From Octopus sinensis (taxonomy: Eukaryota): a DNA stretch of 64,000 nt. This document shows positions 11,773 through 27,044 of the stretch, one piece after another. How positions within the stretch are numbered: the stretch's first letter is position 1; every line of letters begins with the position of its first letter. Under the pieces are notes generated by a model, which saw only the letters and a program-made list of their open reading frames with translations, was not told where the DNA came from and ran no database searches. The stretch lies in the NCBI RefSeq assembly GCF_006345805.1, contig NC_043013.1, positions 2,418,001-2,482,000 on the forward strand, written 5' to 3'. A program made the translations under genes and the position numbers.

Positions 11773-14700
11773 TAGTAGTAGTAGTAGTAGTTATTCATTT
11801 GTGTAATATAACAAATAGCAATAATATATACAAATACCCATTGCTCAATTTGTAATAGTGGATTTTAAAAATACTGTTCAACTTATACTTCCCATCAAGT
11901 TCAAGTATGACGATACTTCAAGCCAACACCCACATACTGCGTAGCCATAACAACACAGAATAACATCAGTGTATGTGACATATCATAGTACATATGACAT
12001 TGTTACATCTTAGTACCGCATATTTCAAAATACATAACGATATTACATCATAGCATATAGTAAAATGATATTACATCATAGTAGTAAGCACACCAAAGCA
12101 TAGCCAATGCAGCCACAGCCACAGCCGAATGGCTGAAAGTCAACAATCCCCAGCTAACAAGACACTAGATAACTCGATTTGCTACGAATAACAGGAAAAT
12201 ATCTCCCTTGTATTCTAATGACGGTTTCTATGGAAAACAGGAAGACACTATAATATTGTCGCAGATAAAAATTTTAAAAATAAGACGAGATGGTCAGAGT
12301 TGGCCTGTTTAACCATGAGTTGTCGACCTAGGGCTAAGCAACAACAACAACCACTAATACTAGTCTTACTATAACAATTGCAATCTGAATCTCGGGTTTA
12401 ATTCGTTATAGAATAATCTCATTATTCTCTCCTCTTACGCACTATTTGCACTCCCTCTTTATATCAGATCTCATTTTCACCTACTCTCACCTTCTTCCTA
12501 TCTGACTTTCAATTTTGTTCTTTATTAATCCCTCTCTATCCTATTTTCTTCCTCCCTCCCTATCTTTCTATCTCTTCGTTTTCTCTCTTTCACTTGGGTC
12601 TCTCTCTCTCTCGCCATGTATGGCTGTCTCTCCCATGGCTTGCCTGCAGTCGGTTGCTCCTGAGAGTTTTTTGATGAAAAGCATTTCAGCCATGACTAAC
12701 TCATCTTTTTTACGTAACGAGGGCCACATTCACTAAATGCATCCTTCCCAATTAAAAACAGTAGAACGGTTATTTCAGGGTACATAGCTGCTATTGCTAG
12801 AAAGTCGAACGATCGCGTAGAGAAAGACGTCTTCGTTTATTCGCCTGCTGCTGTTGAAAAACGAGAAGGATGGCGAGACCCGAACTAGCCACAAGCCATT
12901 ACATGGAGTGATGTCTGAGCTGCGTGAGTGCTAACTCCCGTAGCTGCAGGCGAAGTTATGTAGCAGACGAGACGGCGTCGGCCATTCTATCAGCAGACGA
13001 CCGACCGACCAGCCAGACTAGACGACGAGGAGGAGCAGGAGGAAGAAGAACGGATTAGGCGAGAGAGGGGCGGGTAAAGGAGAGTCTATCTAACACGGAG
13101 GGAGAGAAAGACTAAAGAGGAGATAGGAGGAGCAGAAAGAGGCGTGTAAGATAAACCAGAGGGAAGATACAAGAGGGGAAGAAAGTATAGGAGGAAGGAT
13201 GAAGGGGAGTTAGACGCAAAGAAAGAGTGAAGAAGTAATTTTGAAAGCGGTTTATACACGTAATGGAAGAGAAAAATAGATAAATGCAGAGGGAAAGGAA
13301 TGGATACAGTAAAAGTGATAGCATTAGATTAAGAAGTTTATTGGGTAAAAAGGAGCCTCGACAGATAAATTGAGAGGCAGATAACGGATAAAAAAATAAG
13401 AATTGAAAGATACGAAACTGCGGGTTGAAGGTGATTAATGTAGGTAGCGACAGAAGGATTAAGTTAGAAATATTAAATTGCAGACAGAAGGGTATTATTG
13501 GAAAGGGTGTAGAAAACCCAAGAAAAATGAATATGTTAGAAAATTATTTTCCGTTATATAATTTTAATTAAATTTCCAATTAATGGCGGAAATTTCCAAG
13601 CATGTTTTCGTTGCTGAGAAAATCTGTATAACCATAGGAATTCAGTCTAATTTTATTTTGAAAACTAATCCTACATTGCACGTATATATGTGCAATAAGG
13701 GAAATAACTCGAGTGGGTCAATGACATGAATTTAGACTAAAAGTCAAGGGTATATGTATGAATGGCGTACGTAAGAAATGAAATGAAATTACCTCTTAGT
13801 TGGAGAAGGAAAGCTAAATTGGCAGAATTGTCAGTAAGTGCCAAAGAAAAGGGGATTAGTTTTAAGGAGAAATTTCATGTTTGCAAGAAAAAAAACCTTG
13901 TCGATTGATCGAAACAAACTCAGACTATGCTAAGCTGATGACATCAACACGCTCGAAATATATCCTTAATTATCCCCTTGCCTGACAACAGATTTTTGCA
14001 GCTATATCATTCTGCTACAGTCTAGATATATTGAACGAAATAGAATACATTATATATATACACAAATATGTAGATTATTCTTAAGAAAATTGACGGACAA
14101 GCTTTGGAAGACAATTTGTTTATAGCCACAACATTTAGGATATTATAAATCGTTTTAAGATTTTTCTAAAGTGTCACCAACGTAGTCTTGGCAAAATAAT
14201 AGTAATAGCTTACGTTTTCATAACTAAGATTGTTTAAAGCTTTTACTAGATTAGTCACAATGGAAAGTGAACTAATATGTAGCTTTTTCAAGGTGTGTTA
14301 ACTTCTTGATACATTGATAAAATAGATAACAACTCTCAAAGTAGAATAGGTGACAAGTATAATAAAGAACATGTTTCTTTCATAAGCGCTCATTTTCACC
14401 ACCATCTGTGGACATTTTCACAATTTCAAGAATCAAACACCTTAAAAAATATTATTTCATAATAATAATAATAATTTATAGTTCCCTATACACTTCCAAA
14501 TATCTTTATGGTTTTCAAAATAACCTTGTAAATTTTACGGATATGGCTAATTCACATTAAGTTTTGTGAAATTAAAACTTAATGTCTTAAAATTATTTCC
14601 CTTCGTCTTTCAGGGTTACTAACAATGACCGCTAGGTTGTCATTTTCTTTTCTTAACTAAGAGGGGAATTTTAATTAAGACTCGGATCATTCTTTAACAT

Positions 14701-16254
14701 ATTTGTATAATACCTAAGATAGTACTTGATACATGGCGTAGAGCTAGTTGATATATCTGTATATAGAATCCTCAGTTAAAATTTGTGTGCATGTATATGG
14801 TGTCTAGATACACATGGGCTCCACAAAGCGCATCTTAACTCCTGTCAGCTAAGTGTTCAACGAATAATTTAAAAATTAAATGAGGCACAACTAAACGAAA
14901 AGAAAAAAAGCAAAACAATTAAACAACACACCAGAGAAACGTGGATAACTATCCATCTATCTACCTACCTATCCATCTATCTATCTGTTTGAGAGATAGT
15001 GAAGTTTGATAAAGACGAGGGACTATCGCCTGTAATAATGAGCTCAAGGCAAGCGGAATTCCCAGGACGAGAGATAATAAAGCATATGATAACATTTATT
15101 ACACTGTTAATACCTTCGGGAAAGGCATGAACGTTATACATTCCCCTGCCTTTCAGAAAATGAAATCAATATCACCACTATCTACATGAGTATTTCATTA
15201 CTTAGAATTACTACTAGCAATGGTCCTTAGCAAAGTGCAACAGCTGGCATATAGATCAAATATGTCCCATACTGGTAGTGAACATGGTGTCAGCCTTTGG
15301 AAAATTCTACGGAGGGTGGATGTAAATTTGCTCAGGTTTTATCATTTTTGTTTTTTATATTTATATTTCTGGCACATGCAACTAAGCCTTCGTTTGGCAA
15401 ATAACTGTATTTCATCCTTTTATTTCAAGTATATATATATATATGTGTGTGTGTGTGTATGTGTATTTACATACTTCTTTCAAGTTATATATACACATTC
15501 GGTTTCAAAAAGACTTCTCTTAGCCAAAACCCACAAGCTCATAATTTAATCTAGACAGGAAATTGGTCTCTTTGCGTTGTCAAGCAATTTAGTTATTCAG
15601 GCACCACCATGTCAGATAATCTGGCTCTCAATGCACAAATAAATAACAGAATTGGCAAAAACATCGGTAATCTCCGCTGTCTTATGCAGACATATACACA
15701 CACCGATGATGAAACAAAACTGTGCCCCAAAGACTCATCAGAAGCGATGTAACGAAATATAATAATATAGTGGAGGTAGTACAAAGACAAACAGTATTGC
15801 CTCCACCCCCAGGGATTGTATTCTATTGTATATAATTTTACACAATGCAGCAGTTAGCAGCTCAGAGCGATTCGAAGTATCTGGTTGGTTATTCCGATAA
15901 TTACCAACATGTTTAATGATTTTTAACATTCCCGCCGACTTCACTATGTAAAAAAAACTGACCAGTCAACAGTCGAAAATTAGCAGCGAAGCTCAACGTG
16001 CGCTTCGTACTTTTGCCACCAAAAAAATCTTCTGCTTAGGAAAACTAAATATAGAATGTCATATTTATTCTGATGTAGAGTATACTTGACTTACTTTCTT
16101 CTTGACAAACGTATTAAGACTTCGTTATATCTTATATATGTATAATACTGATTATACACACACACGAGTTATTTGCTACAAACTAATATAATGTCCTTGT
16201 TACACTTACAATGAAATAATCGTCTTCTGTATGGTTTATAAAGTTGCTTCTCTG

Positions 16255-18300
16255 CTATAGTCCCTGGCCGAACAAAGCCTTTTGATGCATTTGGTAGACG
16301 GATACTGAGAGAATCCCGTCGTATGCATGTATATGACTGCGTCCGTATTTGCTCTCCAACCACTGCTTGGCAACCGGAGTTGGTATGCTTACGTCCTCGT
16401 AACTTAGTGAAGGAATAAGTACCAGGCTTTCAAAAAAATTAAGTAGTGGGATAGATTCTTCAAGGCAATGCCCCAGCATGTCTACAGTCTAATGACTAAA
16501 GCAAGTACTCTTCATTTCGAGCAATTAACGACAATTGTTCGAAATGAGGAGTAGATGGACAGCCGACAACCGATGAAAGGTCGTTCTTTATGTTACTTGT
16601 CCTGTTTTCCATTTGTTTCTCTCGTTTTTCACATACCCAAGTTTGCCTTCGTATTTCATGCTGTTTACGTTTTGTGACGTCCTGTATTCATATATGCACA
16701 CACACACATGTGTATGCTTATATGTATGTACATATATGTATATATGTGTATGAGAGAGAAAAAAAACTTCACATAAATCAGTGACTTGAAATTTGGATTA
16801 AGTTAAAGAATAATAACGTACAAGATGCTGAACACATTTTATTTCTTAATTGAAATTTCCTTATTGCTAGCGGCTTTGGTTAGCAAACTTGTTTAGTAAC
16901 TCTTTAAGTAAGATGGCGATGAATTTCCTAAAGTTAATTCACATAATTAGAGGAAGTAAAATTTGATCTTTTTTGCAGGCAAAAGATGCTAAAGTCGGTA
17001 AGATGTTTGAGAAAATTCGGTTAATTCCAACCACCACCAAATATATTTTAGGTGCAGGCGTGGCTGTGTGGTAAGAAGCTTGCTTCCCAACCACATGGTT
17101 CCGGGTTCAGTCCCACTACATTGCACCTTGGGCAAGTGTCGCCTACTATAAGCCTCAGGCCGACCAAAGCTTTGTGAGTGGATTTGGTAGACGGAAACTG
17201 AAAGAAGCCCGTCGTGTGTGTGTGTGGCGACAGCTTTAAAAGCGGCGATCTGTTTACGTTCCTGTTAAATAGCAGTTCGGCAAAAGACCGATAGAATAAA
17301 GCTTCAAATAAAAGCACTGGGGTCGATTCACTCGACTAAAAAATTCAACGCGAAGATATTACAAAAATTCATGAAATTTAGTAAATTTTGCTTATTTACC
17401 TGTTGCATGGCGAAGGATTTTTCAGTTTCTCGCCTATTTAGCTTGAAATATGATGACCTTGTGATTGGGTGTTTAAAAGGTCGATTTTTTTGTTCAAATG
17501 TCTGAACATATTCTAGAAAGCTTCATCGGACAGGAACAGTGTAATTTCAAACAACGATTCCGTAAAGTTTGAAAAAATTGTGGGAGGTTTCATGTTGTTT
17601 CCACTGAACTGAAAGATGTATGTTTATGGCAAAAATTCTAGATCATCTTACAAGTTTTCTAAATTCAAAATTCGAAAATTACTAATAGAATTTTAAAATA
17701 TGCAAGAACCAAGTGAACAGCTATTTTTCTTCTTTTCTTTTCTTTCCTTCTTTATTTTTTGCTATTGGTGAAAGTATTAGAAGTTCTTGGTAGCACAAAT
17801 TAAGGACTATTACATTTTTATTCACTATTGATTAACATATAGATGAAGAAAACTGTTCGAATAATTACGTCAGCCTTTTTCCCAAAAAAAAAAGCTGACA
17901 ATTATAGGCGCAGGCGTGGCTGTGTGGTTAAGAAGCTTGCTTCCCAACCACAAGGTTTTGGGTTCAGTCCCATCGCGTGGCGCCTTGGGCAAGTGTCTTC
18001 TACTATTGTCTCGGACCGACCAAAGCCTTGTGGGTAGATTTGGTAAACGGAAACTGAAAGAAGCCCGTCGTTTATATATATATATATATACACACGTGTG
18101 TATCTGTATTCGTCCACCACCAATGCCGCTTGACAACCGGTGTTGGTGTGTTCACATCCTTGTAACTTAGCGGTTCGACAAAAGAGACCGATATAATAAT
18201 ACAAGGCTTAAAAAAAGTCCTGGGGTTGATTTGTTCGACTAAAACTTTTCAAGGTGGTGCCCCAGCATGGACGCAGCCAAATAACTGAAACAAGTCACAG
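16255..18300 (+). mobile_element. Three SINE family A copies (~16255-16510 decayed, ~17049-17345, ~17905-18300)
   Basis: Repeated head GGCGCAGGCGTGGCTGTGTGG...GGGTTCAGTCCC (A/B-box-like), CCTTGGGCAAGTGTCTT (CORE-like) and common tail. Confidence 0.85.
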
Positions 18301-19229
18301 ATAAAATTCTTTAACTCTTTTGGAAAAAAAATTACTGAACTGAACAAACCACTATAAATAGATTTTTCTGTTTTACTTTCTTTTTTACGTCATGGTATCC
18401 CATTTAAAAATCTGAAGTGATAAAGCAATTGTAATGACAGGATCAAATAGTCTGACAATCATCTGGAGTAGAAAATGCCATATATTTTCGTACAAAGCTG
18501 GGTAGTGACATTCAGTTATGCATTATGTACGTCCTAAGTCCTGAACTTTCAACTTAATTATTCTGATTTGTCAAGTAACCAAAACACAAAACAAAACAAA
18601 AAATTATCTAAATATGCAAAATATCTACAATTTATCTAGACTGATCCCTAAAAAAATTTAACATCAGAACTGAATTTGATGATTATCTTTTCAGCTAAGT
18701 GCTAAAAAAGACTACTAAGTTCAATGGACTATGTATTTCTAACTGTTTACTCTACCATATGTAAATAAAATAAATTTGGAGTTTCAAGCTGAGGGCTTCA
18801 GAGCTTATAGACTGCTTGCTTTCATCAAGAGTAGCATGAAAAGTATCATTGTTAATTTTATTGAGAGAGAACTAAAGATGCAGATACATCGAATGTTATC
18901 GTTAGTAATTCTTCGATTTAAAGAAAGAACTGAAAGTATCTATCCAAAATATTCTAAGAACTCATAGAATACCAAACTGTAGCAACAGTTCGCACCGTCA
19001 AGAATATTCCCTAATTAACAACTACTTCAAGCACTATGTCTACAAATGATGTCTCAAGGACAGCCGTCTGCAATTATGGCATTGGCCGTGACATATCCTC
19101 GTATTAGACAGGATAAAAATTATGAAGAATTTCAATAGAGAATGACAAAAGTTAACTTGGCAAGGGAAAAAGAATTTCAGAACCAAAGAAATACTGGTAT
19201 TATATTTCTCGAGGAAAAAAAAGTGTAGG

Positions 19230-19365
19230 TATAAACTTCGTTTCCCAATTATCTTGAAAAAACTTGCTAGCACTGCCACATTCTTCAGCCGCAAAATAAA
19301 GGCCGTTTTCAGAAATATTAAAATAAGAGATAGTTGGTATCTGCATACAGAAATACTTTATTGCA
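19230..19365 (+). mobile_element. Possible hAT-like transposase C-terminal (dimerisation) remnant
   Basis: KLRFPII..LA..LPHSSAAK*RPFS resembles FPxL..LA..LPHSxAxxERxFS. Confidence 0.4.
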
Positions 19366-19831
19366 GCAGCAGCAGTAGTAGTAGATTCAAATTTTGGCAT
19401 AAGGCCAACAGTTTCGAGGTGGGGGGGATAAGTCGATTACATCGATAACAGTGTTCAACTGGTACTTATTTTATCGACTCCGAAGGGATTAGAATCAAAG
19501 TCGACCTCGGCGAAATTTCAACTCGGAACGTAAAAATAATTTCTTTTATTAGGCAATGATGATGATGATGATGAAGGGAGCTAAACTGCATGCAAATGAA
19601 GAAGAAAATCGTACAGAAATGAAAAAATGTATGTATACGTATGTATGTACACATATATGTGTGGGAGCTGCAAGGTAAGAAAACTAGACAGGTGTACATC
19701 CCCACCATACATCACTTATTGTAGAGGAGAGAAAACAGTAGGTGATATACAGACATAGAAAGTGGGAGAAATAATAGTCGGGGCAAATAGCATATACATA
19801 CACACACGTGCGTTTGAATGTGTGTACATAC

Positions 19832-19865
<34 letters not shown>

Positions 19866-20019
19866 ATGCCTACAAAGAGAGAGGGGGAGAGAGAAACTGG
19901 TGATGAAGTGGGAAGGAGAGATAAGTGGGAACATGGACAGACATCGCAAGTTGTAGAAGATCCCAGAAACTACTGTTGCTGACAGTGACAGAGGTGATTA
20001 CTACTACTGCTCCTATCAT

Positions 20020-20051
<32 letters not shown>

Positions 20052-20783
20052 TTACTACCGCTCTTATCACTAGTACTACTACTACTACTATTATTATTAC
20101 TACTGCTACTACTACTACTACTACCATTACTACTGCTGCTGTTGCAGTATTTGCTGATATTACACACACACACACACACACAGTGAATGGCTTTGAACAA
20201 TGACACGCTCATACAATATATATCTACGCAACACTTGGGAGGGAGAGAGATGTGCCTTAGAAATGGTGAGGGAAGGTGGAATAGCGATCACATAACAGGT
20301 AAACCGGCTTACTTAAATTTGAAAGGAGCAGAAACGTAAGAGACAGAGGGATGAGGCGGAGGAGGAGGGATGTCTAAGCATTAAAACCCTGCAGTATTTC
20401 ACACACACACACACACACACACACTAGATGGTATTTATTGCAAATGTAGATGCGTTATGTTGTTCAGAGGAGAGAAAAGAGATGACAAAAGAGATGTAGA
20501 AATACCAAGTTTTGGAGATAAAAGACATTAGCGACTGAAAAGAGTGAGAAGTTTTAATAGAAAGAAGAAAACAAGAAAAATTAGCATGACGACTGATTGG
20601 GGAGAATTAGAAGAAGATATGAGAGGTTGAATGGGAGACAGGTGACAATAGTCAGATGTATGTGTGTGTGTATATATATATATATATATTATAAAAATAG
20701 GGTTCAGTAAAATAATTACTTTAACACACACCGAACTTTTTAGAAATAGCAGCCAAAAATTTTACCTATTTCTTCTACTGTAA

Positions 20784-20874
<91 letters not shown>

Positions 20875-21059
20875 GTGTGTGTGCTCAGACATCTCAAAAG
20901 TAGACAACCCTTTTATGTATCGTATATACTTATATGTATATCCGATGAGTGTGTGTATACACACACACATGTATATGTATATTATATATATATATATGTG
21001 CGTGTGTGTGTGTGTAAATATATACATATGTAGGGTATGTTTTTTGTGCTGTGAATGTG

Positions 21060-21103
<44 letters not shown>

Positions 21104-22089
21104 GGTGTGTACGAAAGAGTGGCTCGGAATATTAATATACATCAGAGAGAGAGTAAAGTCAGGAAAGCAAAAGTAGAAGAGGGGGGGGAGAGACTCGAAT
21201 GCTCAGAAGAGAAAAGCGGGTTTGTAAGTGAGTAGGGGCCTAGTCTGTAGCCACATAGTGGGGTGGGTATAATTGTCGGTGTGCATGTGTGTAATAGAGG
21301 CGGTTTACACAGCCACACACATAAAGCTATATTGAAGACCGAAGAAATATTCAGATATTATATTTTTTAAAAATTAAGTGAATACTAAAAACGGAGAGAT
21401 GAAGAAAGCTATTGTGAAAAGGGTTGGAGACGAACTGTGAGAGATATTGTAAGAGAGAGGGTTAATAAAGTCGAGGAAGATGAGAACAATCTCTACCGAG
21501 AGAGAGAGAGAGATAAGGGGAATCGTGGAAAAAATAAGAGGATGAGTGAGAAACGATGTCTAGAAATGGTGCAGATAAATGTTTGAGAGAGAGAGAGAGA
21601 GATTAAATAGAGGAGGAATATGGAGGAAGAGGATATTTTCTAAAAAGTGTAGATAAGAATAGACAACTATAAAGAAAGAGTAAAGGTGAAAGTTAGAAAG
21701 AGAGAGTAAGTATTGGTAGAAAAGAGACTTGTATATATAAATAACTAATAGATGACAGTTGAGTAGTAAAGGGAGAGGTGAGCCACAAAGGAAGTAGCAG
21801 TTTGGTGCGCTGGAGAGAGGGAGAGGGGGGTAATTAAGGTCACTGCTGGTTTATTTGGTAGATGTTATATCATAACCAACACACACACACACACACACAG
21901 GGCAGGAGCGAGTAAGGTGCGTGTGTGCATGTAAGTGGTACGAATACACACACGTGCATATATATATTGATTGATTGATTGATTGATTGATTCTAGTTTC
22001 AGCTTATGAGCTGTGGCCATGCTGGGGCACCGCCATTTTGCTGGGGCACCGCCATATATATATATGTGTACTATATGTGTGTGCGTGTG

Positions 22090-22330
22090 TTGGTGAAGCA
22101 TCGAGCTTACAATCGTGAGGTTGTGAGTTCGATTCCTTGACCAGGCTTTGTTGTGTCTTGAGCAAGACACTTTATTTTTACATTATTCCAATTCGGTTAG
22201 CTGTATCGGCCTTTGCCTTTCCCTTGGACAACATCAATGGCGTGAAGAGGGGAGATCGATATGCATGAGTGACTGCTGGCCTTTCACAAAACGAACCCGG
22301 AGTTGGGCTGCGGAGGGGAACTTTCTAGAT
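22090..22330 (+). mobile_element. Another tRNA-derived SINE, decayed
   Basis: CAATCGTGAGGTTGTGAGTTCGATTCC (B-box-like) followed by TTGAGCAAGACACTTTA. Confidence 0.55.
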
Positions 22331-22496
22331 AACATGGTCATTTATCACCGAAGGAAGTTTTTACCTTTTATACACACACACACATTGTTTTATTCTTTTA
22401 CCAGTCTTAGTCATTCAACTGCGGCCATGCTGGAGCACCGCCTTTAGTCGAACAAATCGGTACCATTTGCCGAACCGGTAAGTTACACACCAACAT

Positions 22497-22620
22497 CGGT
22501 TGATCCGATCAACGGAACAGCCTGCACATGAAATTAACGTGCAAGTGGCTGAGTACTCCACAGATACGTGTACCCTTAATGTAGTTCTCAGGGAGATTCA
22601 GCTTTGAGTTACAGATACAA
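22497..22620 (+). mobile_element. Interspersed repeat family D (other copies ~39265-39405 plus, ~54550-54725 minus)
   Basis: Shared GATCAACGGAACAGCCTGC..GAAATTAAC.TGCAA..GCTGAG.ACTCCACAGA.ACG.GTA.CCTTA..GTAGTTCTC..GAGATTC block in three places. Confidence 0.75.
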
Positions 22621-23334
22621 CAAAAACAGGAAGAAAGAGTGAGAGAAAGATGTAATGAATGGGAATCGAAACCGCGATCCTACGACTGCGAGTCCGCTGT
22701 CCTAACTACTGGACCCTTGCGCCTCCACACAGACGCACAAATATATATGTATATATGTATATATGTATATATGTATATGTATATATTTATGTATATGTAT
22801 ATATATATGTATATGTATATATATGTGTATATGTATATATATGTGTATATGTATATATATGTGTATATGTATATATATGTGTATATGTATATATATGTGT
22901 ATATGTATGTATATGTATGTATATGTGTATATGTATGTATATGTGTATATGTATGTATATATATGTATATATGTGTATATATATGTATATATGTGTATAT
23001 ATATGTATATATGTGTATATATGGTATATGTGTATATATATGTGGATATATATATAAATGTGTATATATATATATAGTGTATATATATATATATATGTGT
23101 ATATATTATATATATATGGATATATATATGTATATTATCTGTATATATATTATGTATATATGTATATATATGTATATGTATATATGTATATATTATATGT
23201 ATATAGGTATATATATGTATTATATATATATATAGGTATCTATATGTATATATATGTATATATATATATGTATATATATGTATCTATATTATGTATATAT
23301 CTATATATATGTATATATATATATATATATATGT

Positions 23335-23367
<33 letters not shown>

Positions 23368-23735
23368 GTGTATATATATATGTATATATAGTGTATATAT
23401 AATGTATATATATGTGTATATATATATTATATATATGTGTATATATATGTGTATATAATGTATATATATGTTCATATATATATATGTATATATATATATG
23501 TATATATATATGTATATATATGTATATATGTTATATATATATATGCTATATATGTATATGTATATATATGTATGTATATATATTATATGTATGTATATAT
23601 ATATATATGTATATGTATTATATATATATTATAGTATATATATGTTATATGATATACATATTTATATATATATATATGTATATATATGTATATTATATAT
23701 ATATATATATAATTATATATGTATAATATATTATG

Positions 23736-23801
<66 letters not shown>

Positions 23802-23818
23802 GTATATATATATGTATG

Positions 23819-23850
<32 letters not shown>

Positions 23851-23890
23851 ATATATATGATGTATATATATATGTATATATGTATATATA

Positions 23891-23945
<55 letters not shown>

Positions 23946-24057
23946 GTCGGGCTTCTTTCAGTTTCCGTTTACCAAATCCACTCAGAAAGCCGAAGACTTA
24001 GAATCCGGAACAATGTGGTGGGGAAGCAAGCTTCTTACCACACCACTCCAGCGTCTA
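23946..24057 (-). mobile_element. SINE family A head, CORE-deleted, minus strand
   Basis: Reverse complement reads GACGCTGGAGTGGTGTGGTAAGAAGCTTGCTTCCCCACCACATTGTTCCGGATTC...GAGTGGATTTGGTAAACGGAAACTGAAAGAAGCCCG. Confidence 0.8.
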
Positions 24058-24366
24058 TATATATATTTATATATACACACACATACATGTGTGTGTGTGT
24101 ATATATATATATATAAAGTGTGTGTGTGTAATAGTATAGAGAGGGAGCGAAGTAGACATACTGAAGACAAGTTGTACTTGAAATACAGACACACAGCTGG
24201 CTGGTGTATCAAATATTAGAGATATGTAGACAGCCAGACTTTCTCCATCCTGTCTGTCTCTCTCAACCACACAATGAGAGAAAGATATATACTAGCCATG
24301 CCATGCGTGTTGCGCATGTAATTGTGTATATTTATATATATAAATGTGACTGTGTGCGTGTATGTA

Positions 24367-24447
<81 letters not shown>

Positions 24448-24482
24448 CTATATATATACATGTGTATAACATATATAAACAT

Positions 24483-24852
24483 ATAGGCGGAGTTGCTGTG
24501 AGGTAAGCAGCTTGCTTACCAACTACATGGTTCCGGGTTCAGTCCCATTGCGTGGGTACCTTGGGCAAGTGTCTTCTACTATAGCCTCGAGCCAATCAAA
24601 GCTTTGTGAATGGATTTGTTAAACGGAAACTGAAAGAAGCCCATATATGTATGTTTATGTTTGTGTGTCTATGTTTGTTCACCCAACATCGGTTGTCAAG
24701 CAATGCTGGTGTGTTTACGTCCCCGTAACTTAGCGGTTCGGCAAAAGAACCGATAGAATAAGTACTAGGCTTACAAAGAATAAGTCCTGGGGTCGATTTG
24801 CTTGACCAAAGTCGGTGCTCCCGCATGGCCGCAGTCAAATGACTGAAACAAA
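24483..24852 (+). mobile_element. SINE family A, full length
   Basis: Head, CCTTGGGCAAGTGTCTT CORE-like block and tail all present. Confidence 0.85.
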
Positions 24853-25070
24853 TATATATAAATATATATATATATATATTATATCTATATATATATATAT
24901 AAATATCATATATAATATAAATATATATATATAAAATATCTATATATATTAAATATATAAATATATATATATAATATATATATATATATAAATATATATC
25001 TATATATATATAAATATATATAGAAATAATATAAAAAATATATATATATATAATATTATATATATATAAT

Positions 25071-25103
<33 letters not shown>

Positions 25104-25307
25104 AATATATATTATATATATTATTATATATATTAAATATAATATATATAAATATATATATATATAAATATATAAATATATATATATATAATATAGATTA
25201 TATTATAAAATATATATAGTATATATATAAATATATATATAAATATTATATATAAATATATAATTAAAAGATATAGTATAAAATATATATATATTATAAA
25301 TATATAT

Positions 25308-25387
<80 letters not shown>

Positions 25388-26393
25388 ATATATATATATA
25401 TATATATATTATATATGCTATTGGTAGCCTTTCATTTTCTCTTTTAGAAATCAGATTTATTTTGGTGGGAATACATGTTATAGCTTCTTTCATTTCCAAT
25501 CAGTGAAAAGAAAGTTTCTAAACAGACAAAAACCAGAGAAGTCTACTACACTCGTTATCAAGAAACCTAAGCATGAATTTTAATCCTCATGACCTTGCAC
25601 TAAATACAAATTTTAAAATACTACGTGTACCGTAACACGAAATCAGTGTATTTGAATTTTGAATTACTAAGCCTGCATCTACAATCTCTTAGTCTTCTAT
25701 AATACATCTAAGAATGCATCGCTGTAGCAGATACCGACACAACTATTTGATAAATATTTCAACCCCTGAAGGATGGAAATCGAAGTTGACCTCGGCAGGA
25801 CTTGAACTAAGAATGCTCTGAGAACGAGTCTACCAATTCACCCGAAGTTTCTTGTGCTTTTCCATTGAATATGCTAGCTACCCATTTTCATTATCTTTCC
25901 TAATCTTGAAATTGCATTTTACTTTATTTTTCTTTTTAAATCGCGTATAATTTCTCTAAAAATTGATTAAATTGTATAATTTAGTAAAAATGGACGTAAG
26001 GAAAATAAAATTACTTTTTAAATTTAATACGTAGAGCGAGACCCGCCTTGAAATTGCTAACACTCGATTGCCAGACCTGTAAAAGTGGTGATGGTGGTGG
26101 TGTATGGCACAAACACTAGAGTGGTGAAATGGGGTGAATGCTACCCAGCTGTATTTAACTTCTAAAACCTATAAAGTCATTGAAATATGTACCAATTATG
26201 CACTGGAATAGATGTAATCGACTTCTGGGGTCCTGTGTGTTATACGTGGCAGAGAGTGTGAAAGGGTTGAATCTAAAAGCTTAGACAAAAAGAAAAAACA
26301 GAAAAAGATACATTCAGTTTTCGTTTGTGTGTTTGAGAAAAAGCACCGCTTTCTCGCCATGACACACACATAGAAATAAATAAATAAATAAAT

Positions 26394-26619
<226 letters not shown>

Positions 26620-26996
26620 TTGTAGCATTGTTAACGTAAAGAATTAATAAACTGAGGAATACTGTATTATTACACACACACACACACACAGAGTTTGTGT
26701 CGACTAACACGTGTAGCATACGTTGTGTGAGGAGCGAATGTTAAATATTATATAGTGCTCAACCTGTGCTTTATATACGCATACATTCACGCGCGCGCGC
26801 TTACTCGACCGACTGATGTAACAGCATTTCGCTAGCTTTAAGGAAACGTAATAGAAAGGTGAGGGGAAAAAACCCGGCGGGTTGCTCTGGTGATTGACCC
26901 ACCCCTCCCACCGTCACTCTGTGTGTGTGTATATCTGTAAGAATGCATATCGTTTACATTTTATTTAGAGTTCTTTTAGTCCACATGCTGCGCGTA

Positions 26997-27042
<46 letters not shown>

Positions 27043-27044
<2 letters not shown>

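Larger units (their letters stand above)
22740..25415. repeat. Long (TA)n/(TATG)n low-complexity arrays (~22740-23945, ~24370-24480, ~24855-25415)
   Basis: Direct inspection; source of the YIYI-type ORFs. Confidence 0.97.

Noticed and set aside
13955-13985. CTGATGA...GAAA hammerhead-like string
   Set aside because: The intervening bases cannot form stem II.
15590-15950. Possible LINE RT remnant (NRSELLTAALCKI)
   Set aside because: Only a vague resemblance to NYRPISL; no second motif confirmed.
19870-20212. Thr-rich mucin-like and Ser/Val-rich ORFs
   Set aside because: Derived from an (ACT)n microsatellite; no splice or domain support.
22639-25499. Many ORFs of YIYI/MYVC type (also near 26273, 40517, 42101, 59426, 61307)
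   Set aside because: Translations of microsatellites.
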